Notes: generated by a model from the letters alone, not told the origin. Shown: positions 27,681 to 39,350, counted from the stretch's first letter. The stretch is 64,000 nucleotides of DNA from Euglena gracilis (GCA_039621445.1 CP154954.1:17204589-17268588), one strand, 5' to 3'. A program made the numbers and translations.

Positions 27681-28099
27681 GAACAACACCAACTGGGGGT
27701 TTTCCCACACCTACAATCATTGGCCCTCATAGGTGAATCACTGCGGCTGTTGTCCAGTTGGCACCAGCTGAAGGAACAAAAACACAGGGAACGGAAAGTA
27801 CACCAACTTCAGAAAAACATTTCAGAGGTTCGAGCAATGAATTTGCAGGTTCCTGCTGAAGCGGACCAGGAGGAGGAAAAACTGTTCGAAGACGAAAAAA
27901 CGCCCGAAACACTGGCAAAACAATTTCAGAAATCGGAAAAGAAATCTGACAGGGTCCACCGTGTTGTGGTGGTGCCAGAAGGACAGGAAACACAAGGCGA
28001 AAAGGTGGCTGAACTGGTGAAAAAACTGCAGCAGGATTATGAAGGAGTGGTTTTGCGAGACAAAATCTTCCCAGACCCCCCAGAACGCGGACCACTGGG

Positions 28100-28900
28100 T
28101 TATGGGAAAATCGAACTGAAACCTGGAACAGTTGCGAAAAAGCAAAGACCCATCCACATGACAGGACAACGCCGACAAGCACTCATCGACATGGTGGACG
28201 AATGGGTTAGGGACCTGAAAGTGGAAGACGGAAGTAGTGACTGGTCCAGCCCCACATTTGTGGTGGCCAAAAAAGGTGAAAAATGGAGAGGGGTGGTGGA
28301 TTTCAGAGCACTGAACGAGGCAACAATCACAGACGCCCATCCACTCCCTAGGAAAGAAGACATCCTAGTTCAACAAGGACAACGGGCCATGTACAGTGTA
28401 CTGGACCTAAAAGACGCCTTCCACCAGGTGCCACTGAGAACGGAGTCCAGACCATACACCTGCACACCTAAGGGAACAAAACAGTGGAGAGTGGTGGTCA
28501 TGGGAATGAAAAACGGTGTACCGATCTTCCAGAGGGTGATCGAGTACAGCCTGGAGGAGGTACATGATATTGCAAACCCCTACGTGGACGACATCATCGT
28601 AGGAACCATGTGGCAGGGAACTGAAGACAAAACCCTCAAACAACACGACAAGGACATCAGAAGGGTGATGGAGGCACTGAAAAAAACAGCAGCACGTGGC
28701 AGACATCAAGAAATGCAAATTTTTCGTGAAAGATGTGGAATTCTGTGGACACGTGCTCGGTGGTGGACAACGAAAACCTGCACCTGGGAAACTGATGGCC
28801 TTGGAAAAATGGGAGGAACCCAAAACGGTCACAGCCCTGCGGGCATTCCTGGGATTCACAAACTACTACGCCTCATACGTCCCAGGGAATGCGGAATTGG
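28100..28900 (+). CDS. pol: Ty3/gypsy reverse transcriptase domain
   Basis: IELKPG...WSSPTFVVAKK...WRGVVDFRALN...PLP...LDLKDAFHQV...MGMKNG...FQR...YVDDIIV (28581)...KKCKF..VEFCGH...LRAFLGFTNYY. Frameshift in A-run near 28680. Confidence 0.96.
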
Positions 28901-29044
28901 CTGCAGACCTAATGGAAAAACTGAAAGTGAAAAAGGGACAAGGAAAGAAGGGAGCCTGACACATGTGTTTTTCGGTGAAAAAAAAAAAGAACAGCCTTCC
29001 AGACCATCAAAGAAAAACTGCTCGGAAGCCTGAAACTGCAAACG

Positions 29045-29500
29045 GTGAACCCAGACAAACCGTTCATACTCAGGGTGGATTCAAGTGGCAGAGCCGTAGG
29101 TGCGGCTCTGGAACAATTTGCGGAGGACACTGCAGAAAAACCAGACCCAACAACAGCCATGACCAAAAAAACAGTACCCGTAGCTTTCTGTTCACAAAAC
29201 CTGACACCTGGGCAGGTCCGCTCGTGGTCTCCTAGGGAGAAGGAGACCTACGCAGTGATCCTGGCCCTGCAAAAATGGGCTTCCTGGATAGGAATGCAAC
29301 CGGTACTGGTGTTGACAGACCACAAGTCCATTGAGGCATGGGCAACGGAGGCGCTGGACACCCCCAGTGGACCAGCTGGACGTAGGGCTAGGTTGCACGA
29401 ACTGCTTTCGCGGTTCGACATAACCGTAGCATACGTACCTGGCAAAGACAACACGGTCGCTGATGCCTTGAGTAGGTGGGCCTACCCCGCCTCACAGGCA
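29045..29500 (+). CDS. pol: Ty3/gypsy RNase H domain
   Basis: PFILRVDSSGRAVGAALEQ...PVAFCS...WSPREKETYAVI...LTDHKSI...YVPGKDNTVADALSR. Confidence 0.95.
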
Positions 29501-30109
29501 TTCGCCGACGTCAGTATCCACGGGAGTGAGGAGGACGACCGACTCATGAAAGAAATCATCAAACAGGAGGAAAAGGAACAGAAAACTTGTATGGTGATCA
29601 ACGTGCAGACCTGGCACAGGCACTAAAACAGCTTCAGGAACCCGTCACTGTTGCCGTCACAACAAGGGGGGGAGCCAAAACGGGTGAAGATACGCCCACA
29701 GTGCCTGGTTCGACGAAAAATGGTGACACCCCTCAAAAGAATCAAAAACACCTCAAAAACCTGCAAAAACGACAAAGAAATGGGTTGTGAAGGAAACGAC
29801 TGTGGTGGAACCAAGCAAAAAACTGGCTGAGGCAACCCCAAGGGAGACCACGGATGAGGCGGGAAACCTGATCCGACCAGACCAACCAAAAAACAAAACC
29901 CCAGAAAATCCAAACACGGCCGAGGGACCATCCACTGAGGAAGACCCACCAAGGCGAAGACCCCTGGAAGAGAACCCCTGTGGAACCCCTGACAACAAAA
30001 AACTCAACAAAACACCAGGACGCGCAAGGTGCGTCATCCTCAACGGGGACACCCGTTGTACCTCCATCAAGGGGAGTGCACGCCCCGGAGCTTCAACAGG
30101 GGGAATCGA

Positions 30110-31320
30110 AAGGGGTGATGTACAGGGAATGGAAGAACGAGTACGAAAGTTGCCCAAGGTGGGGACCTGTGCTCAAGAACCTGAAGGAAACGGGGTTCAA
30201 AAACTGGCCTGACGGGTACCGATTCGACAACGGCATGCAGTACAAAAACGGTCTCCTGTGTGTACAAACTGGGTTGACTGGAAACGTAATTCGGGAACAT
30301 CACAAAACAGCCGGGCACCCAGGGTCAGCCCGACTGTGGGACCAGATGGGAAGGTGGTTTGCGTTTGCGGACCACCAGGATGCAAAAAAACTGACAGGCG
30401 AAATGATGACCATGTGTGAAACCTACCAAGCAACAGAACCCAGCCACCTACCATACAAGCGCCCCATTGAACCGACACCGATTCCTGCACACCTGATGGA
30501 CAGTGCTGCCATCGACTTGTTCTCACTTCCTGAAACGACCTTTGAAGGGAAAAAATACGACACGTTGGCGTTGTTTGTGGACAGGCTGAGTGGGTGGATG
30601 GTTGCAACCCCCCACCTGGCCAAGGTACTCACAGCGGAAAAGGTTGGAAAAGAAAAATGTTCAAACAGTGGGGAATTTTCGGGATACCCTTGGTGGTGAG
30701 CTCCGACCGGGGCTCCCACTTCACAGCCGGTTGGTGGAAAACACTGTGTGCTGCCCACGGGGTCCGTGTGGCATACGGGCAGGCATACCACCACCAAGCC
30801 AACGGACGGGCTGAGGTAGCGGGTCAACAACTCCTCCGAAAACTGGCAAAACTGGCTGCTGAAAAAGGGGTACCCTGGGTTGAACTCCTACCGAACGCCT
30901 TGAGGCCCTACACGACGTCCCAGGTGAAACGGGATTGACACCGTACGAAATTGTGTTTGGCAGGCACAGACCGTTGGCGGGATTGCCATACCAACCACAA
31001 AGGGAAGCGGAAGGGGCCACAGCGTTCTTGTAAAGGATGAAGGAACAAGACCAGTGGGCGAGTCTGGTCCTGAACGAAAAACAGCGTGAACGGGCTGAAA
31101 CGGTGAACCAAAAACGCAGAGAACCACCTGCCTTGGAAATCGGTTTCAAAGTGTGGTATCAACCCGAAAGACAACCTGGTACCGACAAACTCGAACCGAA
31201 GTGGAAAGGACCTGCTGTGGTGTTGGAACGGGTAGGACAGCACTCCTACGTGCTGGAACTTCGACCCGGAAACCGAAAACCTGCCCACCGTTCACAACTC
31301 AAACCCCACGTGGAGGACCT
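30110..31320 (+). CDS. pol: Integrase (HHCC zinc finger, DDE core, GPY/F module), frameshifted
   Basis: IREHHKTAGHPG...MCETYQ (second Cys altered), AAIDLF...VDRLSGW, VSSDRGSHF...YHHQANGRAE, KLEPKWKGPAVV. Confidence 0.93.
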
Positions 31321-31389
31321 CTACAACACAACTCCTGTCCCCCTCTACTTTTGGTCGGGCAAGGCACAACAGTTGGAGGTCGGACCTGA

Positions 31390-31597
31390 CGAGTGGGAGG
31401 TTGAAAAGGTGCTTAACCACCGTAGAAAAGACGGAAAACTTAAATTGTTTATTCTGTGGAAAAACTGGGACCCATATGATACTCAGTGGGAACCCCTGAA
31501 CCACTTCTTCCTCCGGACAAACAAAGATGTGGTCCAATACTGCAAAGAACGAGGCTTGGCCGTGGATGTGAGAGAGTTGCTTGATGGGATGGAGTGA
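31390..31597 (+). CDS. Chromodomain at the integrase C-terminus
   Basis: EWEVEKVLNHRRKDGKLKLFILWKNWDPYDTQWEPLNHF, then stop TGA at 31595. Canonical chromodomain pattern with aromatic residues at the cage positions. Confidence 0.92.
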
Positions 31598-32718
31598 CAC
31601 ATGTCACATACCCCTGGGCCCCCTCACAGACACCGTCACGTCGACACCCCGAACGACCCTAAAGCCAACCCCAACCCTACCACCCATACCGACCTCGACT
31701 GACTTGAACTTGCACACCTCTGGCAAAACCTGCCTGACTCAAAACGACAAAACGGGCCTGGGCAGCCCACCCGGCCAGCCCACCTGAACCTGAACCGCTG
31801 GCCAGCTCAACTCGAACCAGCCCAACAGACCTGAACAAGACCCGACCCGACCCGAATTCACTGACCTCAAGTGCCACTCTTCTGCCAATCAATCCATTCT
31901 TCAAATCTTCATCGTTGTTGTTGTGGGTTGGGTGGAGAACGAACCTACCCCTGAACTTGGCCAGCCTACCTAAAAAAAAACAACAACAAAACACAGCCCC
32001 CAACCCCAACCGTAACAGCCAGCAAAAACTGGGCAAACCGTGGAAGGGGAATCTGATTTTGACACAAAAACGCAGACCTGACCGACCCCGGGCCACCGGC
32101 CTGGGGGGGGGGAGGACCCTCCACAGCACCTACACACACCAGTCTACCCCCCAGAAAAAAATACAAAAATACAAAAAAAAACATTGTCCTTGACCCAGCC
32201 TGATTTTTAACCGAAAACCAGCCTTCACCTGATTTTTATAAAAATTCGTCCCCGGCCGGAGCCTGGCCACTTGGCCTGGGGGGGCTGGAAGACCCCAGCT
32301 GGACCCACCCCCCACCGAACGGACAGCAACCCCAGACACCGTATTGGCAAACCGAACCGAAAACGGCTGTCTAGGAGCCTGACCGTGACAAAACAACTCA
32401 CCTGGCCTGGGAATAAAAATTTCCTCAAAATTTTGACCGTGGCTGGCGCTTGGTTCACAACGGCGCCTGCCCCCCCCCCCAACGCCAAACAGCGCTAGGC
32501 GGGCTGGGGGGGGGACAACACACCAGACCCCGCACAGACCCAACTGCCAAAGGAGAACATTTGACTCAGCCCCCTGGTCAGAAAACGAACCTGAACGGCA
32601 CAGCCCCCTGAGGGGGGGGGACCCTGAACAACGGTCCCCTTGCTCGCCCCCTCCTCACAACGAGTGCACTCCGCACCCCTTCCTGTTGGAGTCGTGAAGA
32701 GTTGTAAACAACTCCTTC

Positions 32719-32729
32719 GGGAAGGGGAG
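32719..32729 (+). promoter_or_regulatory. Polypurine tract
   Basis: GGGAAGGGGAG immediately before the 3' LTR. Confidence 0.9.
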
Positions 32730-33216
32730 TGTGAGTCAGGGGTGCTGAGTGCCCAAAACATCATACCTTAACACTACCCAACCTGATGACTCTGCAGTTA
32801 GGATTAGGAAAATCTTATTAGGAATTATAAGTTACTGACTCCATCTGTCCCTGTGCAGGGCTCTGTCTCTCTGTCACACTGTCAGTTTGTGGTTCAAGAA
32901 TTATCTGGTGAATTATCTGGAACCTATCGTTCTCTTACCCTTGGTTTGGACTTTGGTACTCTCACTTTGTGGTTTGCTTGTATTGTGCTGGTGGATTTGC
33001 TGATTGCTTGTGGATTTTTTATCAAAGGACAGGTGTGAGCCAAACAACCAACCTTTTTTCACCCCAAAAAAACCCGCAAAAACAAAAGAAAATGCATTTT
33101 TTAAAACAAGCCGCGAGGGGAATTGAAAACACCCTGGGCAGGGAAAAAGATCCTACGCAAAGTGGTGCCGGCCCCGAGGGAATGGAAACTCAGGGACAGG
33201 CACCACGGTTACAACA
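32730..33216 (+). repeat. 3' LTR (487 bp)
   Basis: TGTGAGTCAGGGGTGCTGAGTGCCC...CACCACGGTTACAACA, followed by the TSD CACC. Confidence 0.97.
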
Positions 33217-34880
33217 CACCCTGGCAATTTTTTTGGTGGCGGAGTCCACATCCCCCTGGGACTCAAAACACCCCATTTCCCAGGAAATCAAGGCCCAATT
33301 AAAGGAAATAAAAATTCTGCTGGACACCTGGGGGGGAAGACCCTTCCCCCAAAATGCATCCAGAGTGTTGCTCTCAGACAGCAGCACGCATGCCTGGGGG
33401 GGGGGCTGGACATCAACACAGGAGAGATTGTGCAGGAATTTTGGAGAAAAAACTCCTTTTTGCACATCAATGTAAAGGAGCTCAGTGCAGCAATCAACAC
33501 TGTGAAAAGTTTGAGCAAACCTGGAGAAACCGTTTCCTTGTCAGTGGACAACCAGGTAATTTACTTTTACCTAACAAAAGGTTGGGGCAGAAAGGACCCC
33601 TTCAACAAAATGCTGAGACCATTTTTCAAGTGTTGCATGGAGCACCAAGTAAACCTCCAAGGCAACTGGGTACCTTAAAAAGACTGCCTAGCAGACCCCC
33701 ATCAGCAGATAGAAAATGGACAGGGGGTATTATTCTTTAGACCCCAAACTTTTTCAATGGCTCAGCAAGCAATTCACAAATTTCATAAGTCTGGAAACAG
33801 ATTTATTTGCCTCCCAGGCAACAAAAACTGCCCAATTTTGTGGCCAGGTGGCCCCATTGGGAAGCCACAGCAGCAGTAAATAAATGCATTACAATGTCCA
33901 CTGGACAACATGGGGGATCTTTATGCAAACCCCCTCCGGTCAATAATTCAACAATTTCTACCCAGGTTGAAAATGTTTAACCAGACCAAAGTTTTCATGG
34001 TCACCCCCAACTGGGATTCAGCCACACGGTGGCCCAAATTAATAAAAATGAAAGTTCCAGGGACCCCCTGCCTGAAACTCACCCCCACAGGGGCATGTTC
34101 ACCAACTGCAGGGGGGAGCAAATGCCACCCCCCAGGTGGCCCCTGGCTTGCATGATTTGCTCAGGCAAATTTTGGAGGGGAAACAAATTCAGGTTGAGAC
34201 CATTAACGATTCCCTGGGGAGAAACCCAAGCTTAAAACGTTGTCAGAGTGCTTTTGCACTTCTGTGGGTAATTTTAGAACACAGCCCCCCCCCCCTGAAG
34301 CCACCACAGACCAAGTGGCTGACGCTTTAATTCAATTCTTCCAATTTTCAAAGGCCTGTGGACCTGGTGGCCCCCTCCTAATTTCATTAAAACCCCCCTT
34401 CAGGGCCATCAGTGCAGGCACCATTTCTTCCATCACAAAAGATTTTTTGGCCAAACATGGTGTACCCCCCAGGTGGGGGGGGCCCACTCCACCGGAGGGG
34501 CAGGAGTTGGTTTACTCAAAAAATTGGGACTTTCTGCCCAAGAAGTTTGTGAAATTGGCCCGTGGAAGGGGGTGGAGGCTTTTGCAGCCCACTATCAACG
34601 ACTTGGTGCCCAAGGTGCCCTGGAAAATGCCCTGGCCCCCCTAATTTCAGTGCACAATCTGTCTCGTACTCCCTCGAGGAAAACCGAGAAGGGAGGAAGG
34701 GACACCGAGGCCGAAGCACAAAGACCTTGTGAGCCCGACCCCCTCTACCCGTAAAAGAAAATTTGTGTTCAAGAGCCCTCGGTCAGAGAGTGGGGGCCAG
34801 GGGGGGGGGAGAGGGGTTTGCGAAAAGTGCTTTTCTTTTTTTAACAAAGCAGTGATTTTTCATCTCTGCATCCTTCGTAG
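33217..34880 (+). mobile_element. DIRS-type retroelement copy 1, right half: RNase H, amino-MTase, internally deleted tyrosine recombinase, terminal sequence
   Basis: RH: LSDSSTHAWG, HINVKELSAA, SVDNQVI. MT: DLFAS (33800), DLYANP (33922), MVTPNW..W. YR C-terminus: ISAGTISSITKDFLAKHGV..AHST(R>G)GAGV...GPWKGVEAFAAHY (HY 34590). Many frameshifts; right end approximate. Confidence 0.85.
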
Positions 34881-35304
34881 TCTGCAAAAGGTGCTGGCAT
34901 TCACAACTGTGTCACCTTGCCAACCACATGTTTTTATGAAGGGTCTGGAAAACTGGGAGACGTCACTTTTGATGACCCAAAAATGACTTTCAAACTTTTT
35001 CCTCAAAAAAATGGCCATTTCGAAGGAAAAAGCTCCAATTTTGTTTTCAAACAAATATATTCTTGTTTTTTTTGAAAAAAAACGTCAACCCTGACCCTAA
35101 CCCTAACCCTAACAATAAACCCAAACCCTAACCCAAACCCAATTCACTTTAGGGTTTGGGCCAGGGTTGGGATCAGGGTAAGGGTTAGGTGGGGGTCGTA
35201 GGCGGGGAGAGCAAACAAATATCGTTTTTTGATGGGACCAAGGGACAATAATCCACGTAGCCCAGTCGGATCAGCATAGTCATCCAAATCTGGAAAGGCA
35301 GCAA

Positions 35305-35520
35305 TAAGCGGGACCTCCTAACCCAGCGAACAAGAGCAATCCAACCAGCACCGCCGGCGAGCAAGGCATGGCCTCACAAGGTTTTTGTGCTTCGCCCTCG
35401 GTGACCCTTCCTCCCTTTTCGGTTTTCCTTTAGGGAGTACGAAGCTGTTCGAAGCGAACAATCGCACAGCGAACCGCAGCGCATGGCCTCGCAAGGGCAA
35501 AGTGCGGAGCCCGAGGTGTC
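35305..35520 (-). repeat. DIRS leader/terminal repeat segment
   Basis: Direct repeat of 39240-39350 (TAAGCGGGACCTCCTAACCCAGCG...GGCAAAGTGCGGAGCCCGAGGTGTCC). Its centre (35373-35441) is the reverse complement of 34665-34733. Confidence 0.8.
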
Positions 35521-35999
35521 CGGACCCCCTGCGTGCCAGGAGGGAGGGTGTGTGGGGGGGGAAAACCCCCCAGGTGGCGCGGTCCGGGTGAAAGCTCAAG
35601 CAGCACATTGTGTTTTCATCAGGTCAATGGCAGAAAAATCACGAAAAACTCAGGCGCGAAGCGCCGGAGAGAAAATAATTCACTTCCCTTTTTATTTGAC
35701 TGCAAACCCTACAGAAACCAGTTTTTTTGTGCTGGTCTTTATAGGAGGGCATTGGGGGGGTGTGCCAAACGAAAAAAATGCCGAGTCAACACTGGGTCAC
35801 TCAACAATGTTCCAAAATGCAGAAAAAGGTGCAAGGTGGCAAACAGTGGTCAGATGGATTGTCTTGAGAGAGAATGACAAAGGGACAAAGCGAACGCCCT
35901 TGTTCTCAATTCTTTTGTTGTTCTGTTGGCAAAAACATTACAACCCTCCAAAGTCCTTTCATGGTCCTTTTCTCTTGCATTTTCTGGTATCTTGAAATC

Positions 36000-38900
36000 G
36001 GGTGTCTTTTTTGAACTGCAAGTGGGGGGGTGCCCCCTTGGCTCCTCAAAATTACCCATAAAGCGTGGCAAAGCGCCCACGCAAGGGGCCCCCAGGGAAA
36101 AAAGGGCTGAATTTGATACTTGGCGGCCCAGCGAAAGTCATGGCAAATTGGGCCAATAGGGGGCGGGGGGGCTCCCCCTGCCAACTGGGGAACATGAAGG
36201 CCAAAGGGGGTGACCATCAAACCTGGCAACATGTGGAAACATTTTATGGGAGAAACTTCAAACAAAGGGGGGTTGCAAAAAAGATAAGTTTGTCCAGTCA
36301 GTTGTGTGGACATTGTAACTCCTGGCTCCCAGTGGGGCTCACCTGGCCGCAAATGGGTGGCAGTTTTTTGTTGCCTGGTGAGGCAAAAAGCGGTTTTTAG
36401 GCTGATGTAATTTTGAACTGCTGCCCTAAAAAAAGTGAGTAACAATCAACCCCTGTGGGTCCATTTCTGCCACAGTCATTGGCCATATGGGTTTATGGTT
36501 TGTGCAGGTTCCCACTGGGTTTGCCATGTGAAAATAGGGGATGTTAAGGAAAAGGGTCCTTTCTGCCACTTGATTGATGCAGTCTGGCTCTTGTTGTGCT
36601 GTGCTGCTGCAAAATTCTTTGACATGGTGCAAAATGGCCCCTCCAAAATTCTTGCACAATTTTGCCTGTTCGAATGTCCAGCCCCCCCCCAGCATGGGTA
36701 CTGCTGTCTGAGTGCAACTCCCTGGTTGCATTTTTGGGTCTGCCCCCCCAGGTGTCCAGCAGAATTTTTATTTCCTTTAATTGGTCCTTTATTTTTGGGA
36801 AATGGGATGTTTTGAGTCCCAGGGGGCTGTGGAATTTTCCACCAAAAAATTTGCCAGGGCATCTGTAAAGGCCCTTAGAAAGGGCAGGGCCATTAGATTG
36901 CATCTGATTTGGCCCAAAATGGCAGCCAGTTGCCTTTTTGACATGTAATCTTTTTCCACCGTTTTTCCCAGCTCCTTTTTTACTGTTTTTATTTTCTGGG
37001 GGGGCACCTGTAATTTTCCCTATTGGAAGTTTAGCTGAAAGCCAAGATGGTTGACGATTTGGGTGGGCTGCAGGGTGGACTTTTTCACATTGATTTTGAA
37101 TCCTGATTTGATTAAATCCCTGACCACTGTGTTCAGGTGATTTTGTAAGATGAGTTGTGTTGGGGCCACCAGTAAAATGTCGTCCAGGTAAATAAATACC
37201 TGGATGCCCCTTTTCCTCCACAGTTTTTCGAATGTCTTCATTACTGACATGAAAATTTGGGGCATTACATTCAGGCCAAAACAGCCTGCCTGGAATTCCC
37301 AGGTCTGCCCCCCCACCTGATGCCTTAAAAATGGCCTTAGGCCTGGACTTACTGGAATATGAAAATAGGCATCCTTCAGGTCTATTTTTGCTGCCCAGTG
37401 GCCTTTTTCCAACACTGGAAAAATGTGCTGGATGTGATCCAGCTTGAAAGGTTTCACTTGGAACCTTTGATTTATTTCCCTGCAATCGCTTATTAATCTC
37501 CATTTTGTCTGCCCCCCCTCTGGTTTTGAAATCAGAAACCAGGGGATCAGGTGCTGGGTGGTTGAATCCCTCACCCTCTTTATGGATCCAGATTTTTCGT
37601 AATCCAGCAGTATTTTTTCTGCTTGGGGTAAGTTCAAATTTGCCCTGATTTTTGGGTGGGTGGATAATTTTGGTGGGCTGACCCAGGGGGGTTGAATGCC
37701 ATCCCTGATGAGTTGACATGTTGTTGGGGGGGCATTTTTTGCCCACCATTTCAAGCTTTTTTGCAGCCTTTGATGGAGGGGGGTGTCTCCCCATTTTTCT
37801 TCCATGGAATTTATTTCCTGGACAAGATGATTTTGGGGGGGCTGGGCTGGAGATGTTGGACATTTTAGGCTTTTTTGCAACCTTTGATGGAGGGGGGTGT
37901 CTCCCCATATTTCCTCCATTGAATTTATGTTCTGGGTAAGATGATTCTGGGGGGGCTGGGCTGGGGGTGTTGGACATTGCACCCCTAGGTCCCCTAGGGC
38001 TTGGGCCCTTGTAAAAGGAAATTTTTTCTGGGGGGATGTGCATGCACTCTCTCCCTGTCTGCTCACCTCTCTGGATGATCTAGTTGTTGGAAGACATACC
38101 ATAGGGCTTAATGCCCCTGTTTGGCCTATCTGGTCTTCTCCATGTTGATGTGGTTGGTTGACATACCATAGGGGGGCCTCTGTGGGTCCCCCCCTTGATT
38201 GATTGATCGGGAATTGAGAAATAAATGTTGGAGGGGTTTCTGCCTCTCCCTCCAAAAGGGCCACTGTGGGTCCCTTTTCCTCCTGGGGCTGGGCCATTGA
38301 AAGGGCCACTGTGGGTCCCTTTATCCCCTATTGTTGGCAGAGGGCCACTGTGGGTCCCTCGGGGGATTTCTCCAGCAGCATCCTTAGCTTCTTGGTGGCC
38401 ACTGTGGGTCCACCCTGCTGGTTCCTTAGCTTCTTGGTGGCCACTGTGGGTCCACCCTGCTGGTCTCCAAGGTTTCCATGTATAAATTTTTTTCCATAAT
38501 CCATCTTGTGGTCTTCCAGGCCTTGATTTCTTCTTGGCCTCCAACCCCATTGGAAATCTGGGGGGGCTGCTGTGGCCCCCCCTTGTCCCCTTGAGAGGGG
38601 CTGTTGTGATAGATGAATTGGGGGGGTTGGACAGACCTTTTCTGCCCCTTCCTGAGGGGATTTGCTTGTGAAACTGGCCCCCATGGCCCCTGTGGTGTTG
38701 ACCTCCTTGGCCTTGATTCCATCTCCCCATCTTCTGGCCAATTGGTGCCCAGGTTGCTGGGCGCCTTTGGGGGAGATGCCCCTGATGTGTGGGCTTTGAT
38801 TGTCCAATTGTGTAGCATTTTGGGCCCCCATGGCCCAGTCTTTGCCCACGAAGGGCTGGGGCTGGCTTCTGTCTTCTGGGCCTTCTGGCCACAGTGGTCC

Positions 38901-39350
38901 AAGGACCGTGGCCGTCACTGGGGGGGGTTTTGGGCTGTGAAATTTCTGGGGTGGGGGGCTGGGTGGGAAGAACGGCCACGGTTTGCCACGTGTTGACCGC
39001 ATCTCCAAGGTCTCCTTCTGCTGCGGCCACTCCTCCAGGACGTCCGTGGCCATATAATTCCAATTTCTTCTCCACTGCATTGCTCATCGAAGTCGAATTT
39101 GACAATTGAATTCTCAATTGATTTTCGTCTGGTTCGTGTTCTTCTCTTCCCAGTTCTTCCTCGTTCGTGAACTCTGTTCCTGTCTTCTGGGTGTCGAAGG
39201 GCAAGTTAAGAATCAGCCAACTCCGGCGAAAAAAGGCACTAAGCGGGACCTCCTAACCCAGCGCACCAAAACAATCACAACAAACCGCCGGCGAGCGAGG
39301 CATGGCCTCACAATGGCAAAGTGCGGAGCCCGAGGTGTCCACTCCCACCC
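36000..39350 (-). mobile_element. DIRS-type retroelement copy 2, inverted, degraded toward its 3' end
   Basis: ORF1 38080-39204. RT ORF 37020-38309 closely matches copy 1 (AAKIDLKDAYFHIP, FIYLDDILL). Continues IRCNLMALPFLRAFTDALA and RH LHSDSSTHA. DNA similarity to copy-1 MT region extends to ~36000. Confidence 0.9.

Larger units (their letters stand above)
19631..33216 (+). mobile_element. Full-length Ty3/gypsy (chromodomain-bearing) LTR retrotransposon, 13,586 bp, carrying two DNA methyltransferase domains; ORFs disrupted
   Basis: Direct repeats 19631-20119 and 32730-33216 begin TGT and end ACA. CACC is duplicated at 19627-19630 and 33217-33220. PBS-like TGG motif follows the left LTR and a purine tract precedes the right LTR. 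Internal order is gag - MTases - PR - RT - RH - IN - chromodomain, i.e. gypsy order with IN after RH. Confidence 0.97.

Noticed and set aside
26560-30660. Programmed ribosomal frameshifts within pol
   Set aside because: Shifts fall mid-domain in A-runs (~26570, ~28680, ~30655), as expected for read errors or decay; in-frame stops are also present.
31677-32543. Antisense ORFs in the gypsy 3' untranslated region
   Set aside because: Short, fragmented, low-complexity and without recognisable motifs; cannot be supported from one copy.
19626-33220. 5-bp TSD ACACC for the gypsy element
   Set aside because: It would leave the LTR ending in AC rather than CA. The 4-bp CACC keeps TG...CA ends, matches the left LTR/PBS junction and restores the DIRS frame.
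38260-38455. Short repeats with spacers resembling a CRISPR array (also 24790-24985 and 7325-7465)
   Set aside because: Repeats are 14-24 bp, spacers are related to one another, two lie inside retroelement ORFs, there are no cas genes and the context is eukaryotic.
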